DNA from: Arcobacter nitrofigilis | Lineage (GTDB): Bacteria; Campylobacterota; Campylobacteria; Campylobacterales; Sulfurovaceae | Assembly: GCA_022736375.1 (NCBI GenBank) | Contig: DZCE01000002.1 | Location: forward strand, 732-64,731 | Reading direction: 5' to 3' | Length of the DNA stretch: 64,000 nt | Part shown: positions 61,135-64,000 of the stretch, one piece after another | How positions within the stretch are numbered: position 1 is the stretch's first letter | Layout: each line of letters begins with the position of its first letter | Position numbers and translations under genes: made by a program | Notes under the pieces: model-generated | The model's database searches: none | What the model saw: the letters and a program-made list of their open reading frames with translations, nothing else | Told to the model about the DNA's origin: nothing

Positions 61135-64000
61135 CTATTTTATACTAGATAAAGCCCTACTTCTTTCACTTAAATACGTTAAGAGTATTCCATTTACAAT
61201 AACACTATTAACAATACGTTTATCTAATGAGATACTACTATATGTGATCTCAACCTCATTACCATTCTCGTCGTACGTCTTACATTTCGAGACTTTTCCG
61301 TCTATATCTTCATTGTCGGATTCGGAATCAACAGTTCTACCTAATGTACACTTTAACTGCGTCCCTATAATTAACTTATCGGCAACCTGCATAGGGGATA
61401 AATCAGTATCGACATATACAGCTATATATACCTCATCGTCGAGCATTGTGCTACCATTAATAGAAAATCTAGATTTAATCTGCCCAGTTACACCCTCCCT
61501 AGACATCGTAACCTTATCAGCCTCATTAATAACCTTTCTTAATGTACCTGTCAATTTAGATACTTCACATTTATAGTAACATACTATTCTAGATATAGTC
61601 CCTGTAACCGAATACTTTGGAACGTCGGATTTCAAATTTATTAAACTTTCATATGCTTTAGAATCCCCCCTAACCATATCTATATCGATTGGTTCTCCAG
61701 TTATAACCATTACTGGATCGCCGGCTAGTACGCGTTGACCGACTTCGCGTAATCCGGCTATATTTTTATTAGACATTGTTCTAATACTGGAAACAACTGT
61801 TTTCTTCACGGACATCCTCGATAGGATATCTGGATCTACTTCAACAGAATCTTCCCAACTACCATGTGACTCAGCAAACCGTACCCTAGCCAATTTACCA
61901 GTCTTCATCGACACCTCTTTCTTATTAAAAAAATCTGGTTGAAAGAAAGAAGTATTATGGGTTATATTCTCTCCAGCTTTTATTACGTCCCCGACTTTCC
62001 TTATCGTGACAATATCAAAAGTATTACAGATAGAATCCTCGATCTTAGATGTGTACTTACCAAGAAAGTACTTTTTCTTTTTTTTAGTATCAAGATATTC
62101 AACGATGATGTATAAATCCTCATTTATCTCGATGACCTTACAATCTGTGATTGCGTTTATACACATGTTCTCATCTAGTTTATTACCTATGATCTTCTCA
62201 CCGTATGTTCTTAATGGTAACGTAATCTCACCATCCATAGGAAATAGACCGGTACCCTGAGTGGTGGCGAAATTGGCACGTTTACCATCATCTAGGTGTA
62301 TATTAGGTAATGTCATACTAATTGAATCGTATATCTCCGATATATGAAGATCCTTCCCTGACGTATCGAACACTCCACGATTATTTATAATGCGTGGGTT
62401 AGCACTCCTAAAGAATGTAATACCTGAGTCGCCATTATCTCTAACTGACAGTGAGGCTAATCCTAATGACGTTGAGTGGTAAAATCTAGTCGGTATGACC
62501 ATCGACTCTTTTGCCCTACCTTGATGGCCCATATACGTTATATCGGATTTTTGTCTCACTACAGCATATGGGTTAGCGTCGTCTCTGAGCATTACAGTAC
62601 TATCTGAAGTAAGCAGATCCCATGTATCATATGGAGCTATCTTTATTGGTTTACTACCAAAACTATCATAGTTAGATGCTGCCTTTACATTTTGAGACAA
62701 TACTTTATATAACATACTAGGGATCAATTCCCTACCACGTAATCTTGTATCCGTCATATCTGTTAGCGCTTTGACCTTATTCACCGTTAAAAGTCTATTT
62801 GCCTCAATACATATTCCCTCTACCGTCAGTGGCATATTTAACTCTTCGAGTACGCTAAGCGTTATCTTGTCTATAAGAAGTTTCTTGAGGGACATAGTCT
62901 CTTTATATACTTTTCTTGGAAACCCGATAATATCGTCGAAGTTAGCTATAGCAACAGCACCCTCTAATCCATATTTAACATTCTTTAAAAATTTCATTTT
63001 CTTTGTAATACCATTTAATATAAGTCTACTCTGAAGTTTAATATCAGTTATGAATACATGCATATCTGCGAATTTTATAACCATCTCATCTTCTCGTAAC
63101 TCATCGTATGTTCTCTTTGGTGGAGTGACCGTATAGTCTACATTAAGTAATTTTAATGTCTTTGTAAACCCTAACAAATTTATCAAGAATATAAATAATG
63201 GTATTTTTTCTCCGGCAAGCATAATGTAACTATATGTTTTATCGGATACCCTTGATACCCCTGTCAGTTCATATAAATCCGCAACTTTGGTTAATTTTTT
63301 ATCCCGATATACATGTAAGGTATCGTCGCTCTTAACGAACAACTCATCCCCCTCATATGTCCCACATAAGATATACCCCTGAGCCTCAATCTCTAATGCC
63401 TTATCCTTATTCAAATTCTCGATTACAGAGAATCTATTATTGTAAGAGAAAAATAGCTCAAATCCGTTTAAATTATAGTAACTAAAACTTTTGGCAGATA
63501 GCATATATAAATAGGACATCTCTACATCTGTCGGTAGGTTAACCTTCTCGCTTAACAAATAAAGTTCTGTAGATTGCATGACCGCCATTTTTACAGATAC
63601 ATCGCTAGACATTGTACTTTTAATAAACAACTTTGTGAAGTTTGTAGTTAATAATACAGAGTCTTCAGCTACTTTACGTATAGGTAGATCAAGTATCTGC
63701 CCGCGCATACAATAGATATTACCAAAGATCTTAAATGTTCCATCTTCATGTAACCTTGGTAGATTCTGAACTATCTTATGCTCACCGAACCCAGGAATGT
63801 ATGTTGATATACTTATCTTATCATAGTCTGTAACAGCGTCTTTATGGTTTTCTATCTCAACATCTGTAACAATAACCCCATGTGATTCTATTGATGTAAT
63901 CGCCGCTAGTATGTCTTTACTATATAACTTATCGACATACCCTAAGTCAAATTCAAGACCTCTGTCGCTTTTAGAAGAATCCTTAAGGAATCCGTCCCTG
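61135..64000 (-). CDS. RNA polymerase beta-subunit, long N-terminal-to-region-H fragment; 5' end lies beyond the right edge
   Basis: The frame stays open from 63708 up to 63999 (hand-translated ...RDGFLKDSSKSDRGLEFDLGYVDKLY...NIYCMRGQ), so the track Met is internal. MGHQGRAKESMVIPTRFYHSTSLGLASLSVRDNGDSGITFF resembles RpoB ALGPGGLxRERAGxEVRDVHxSHYGRxCPxETPEGxNxGL. DDGKRANFATTQGTGLFP resembles ANRALMGSNMQRQAVP. VRFAESHGSWEDSVEV resembles VAFMPWNGYNFEDAILI. ADKLIIGTQLKCTLG resembles GDKxAGRHGNKGV. Confidence 0.75.
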   Translation of the reverse strand, partial: RDGFLKDSSKSDRGLEFDLGYVDKLYSKDILAAITSIESHGVIVTDVEIENHKDAVTDYDKISISTYIPGFGEHKIVQNLPRLHEDGTFKIFGNIYCMRGQILDLPIRKVAEDSVLLTTNFTKLFIKSTMSSDVSVKMAVMQSTELYLLSEKVNLPTDVEMSYLYMLSAKSFSYYNLNGFELFFSYNNRFSVIENLNKDKALEIEAQGYILCGTYEGDELFVKSDDTLHVYRDKKLTKVADLYELTGVSRVSDKTYSYIMLAGEKIPLFIFLINLLGFTKTLKLLNVDYTVTPPKRTYDELREDEMVIKFADMHVFITDIKLQSRLILNGITKKMKFLKNVKYGLEGAVAIANFDDIIGFPRKVYKETMSLKKLLIDKITLSVLEELNMPLTVEGICIEANRLLTVNKVKALTDMTDTRLRGRELIPSMLYKVLSQNVKAASNYDSFGSKPIKIAPYDTWDLLTSDSTVMLRDDANPYAVVRQKSDITYMGHQGRAKESMVIPTRFYHSTSLGLASLSVRDNGDSGITFFRSANPRIINNRGVFDTSGKDLHISEIYDSISMTLPNIHLDDGKRANFATTQGTGLFPMDGEITLPLRTYGEKIIGNKLDENMCINAITDCKVIEINEDLYIIVEYLDTKKKKKYFLGKYTSKIEDSICNTFDIVTIRKVGDVIKAGENITHNTSFFQPDFFNKKEVSMKTGKLARVRFAESHGSWEDSVEVDPDILSRMSVKKTVVSSIRTMSNKNIAGLREVGQRVLAGDPVMVITGEPIDIDMVRGDSKAYESLINLKSDVPKYSVTGTISRIVCYYKCEVSKLTGTLRKVINEADKVTMSREGVTGQIKSRFSINGSTMLDDEVYIAVYVDTDLSPMQVADKLIIGTQLKCTLGRTVDSESDNEDIDGKVSKCKTYDENGNEVEITYSSISLDKRIVNSVIVNGILLTYLSERSRALSSIK

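Overview
AT-rich, very densely coded window: about 49 protein genes, 40 of them on the minus strand, with no rRNA, tRNA or CRISPR seen. It reads as a virion/late-gene segment of a phiKZ-like jumbo myovirus of a Gram-negative host.

Motifs read directly from the translations identify:
- Fragments of two different split multisubunit RNA polymerases: a long beta piece at 61135->64000 with a 223-aa beta C-terminal tail piece at 21925-22596; a compact beta-N at 30417-31940; and beta-C at 47404-49452 overlapping beta'-C at 45522-47420.
- A T4 gp21-type prohead protease (58129-58905).
- A RuvC resolvase (10218-10751).
- An i-/o-spanin pair (10764-11509).
- A signal-peptide lytic transglycosylase (49665-50429).
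- A GT2 glycosyltransferase (50467-51210).
- A Rad50/SbcC-like ATPase with a CxxC hook exactly at mid-protein (18426-20753).

By gene order recalled for phiKZ (gp120-123, gp71-74, gp175-178), the 710-aa ORF at 33161-35293 is the probable major capsid protein.

The left 6.6 kb is one giant ORF of more than 2196 codons that runs off the window. It carries three nested repeat systems, including 3.4 perfect copies of a 141-bp in-frame repeat.

The strongest non-coding signal is a repeated intergenic grammar: a perfect hairpin that usually contains the upstream stop codon, then a T-tract, then a wTGAww core. The T of that core lies exactly 33 nt upstream of the next start codon in 8 cases, 34 nt in 1 case, and 24-36 nt in 12 more. 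These are probably phage-RNAP terminator/promoter cassettes.

Several ORF-track N-termini are over-extended and were re-set on Shine-Dalgarno evidence; four genes appear to use GTG or TTG starts. The remaining ORFs are hypothetical, probably virion proteins, including a tandem paralogue triplet and a tandem pair. All homology statements come from motifs read by eye and remembered family sequences; no database search was possible.
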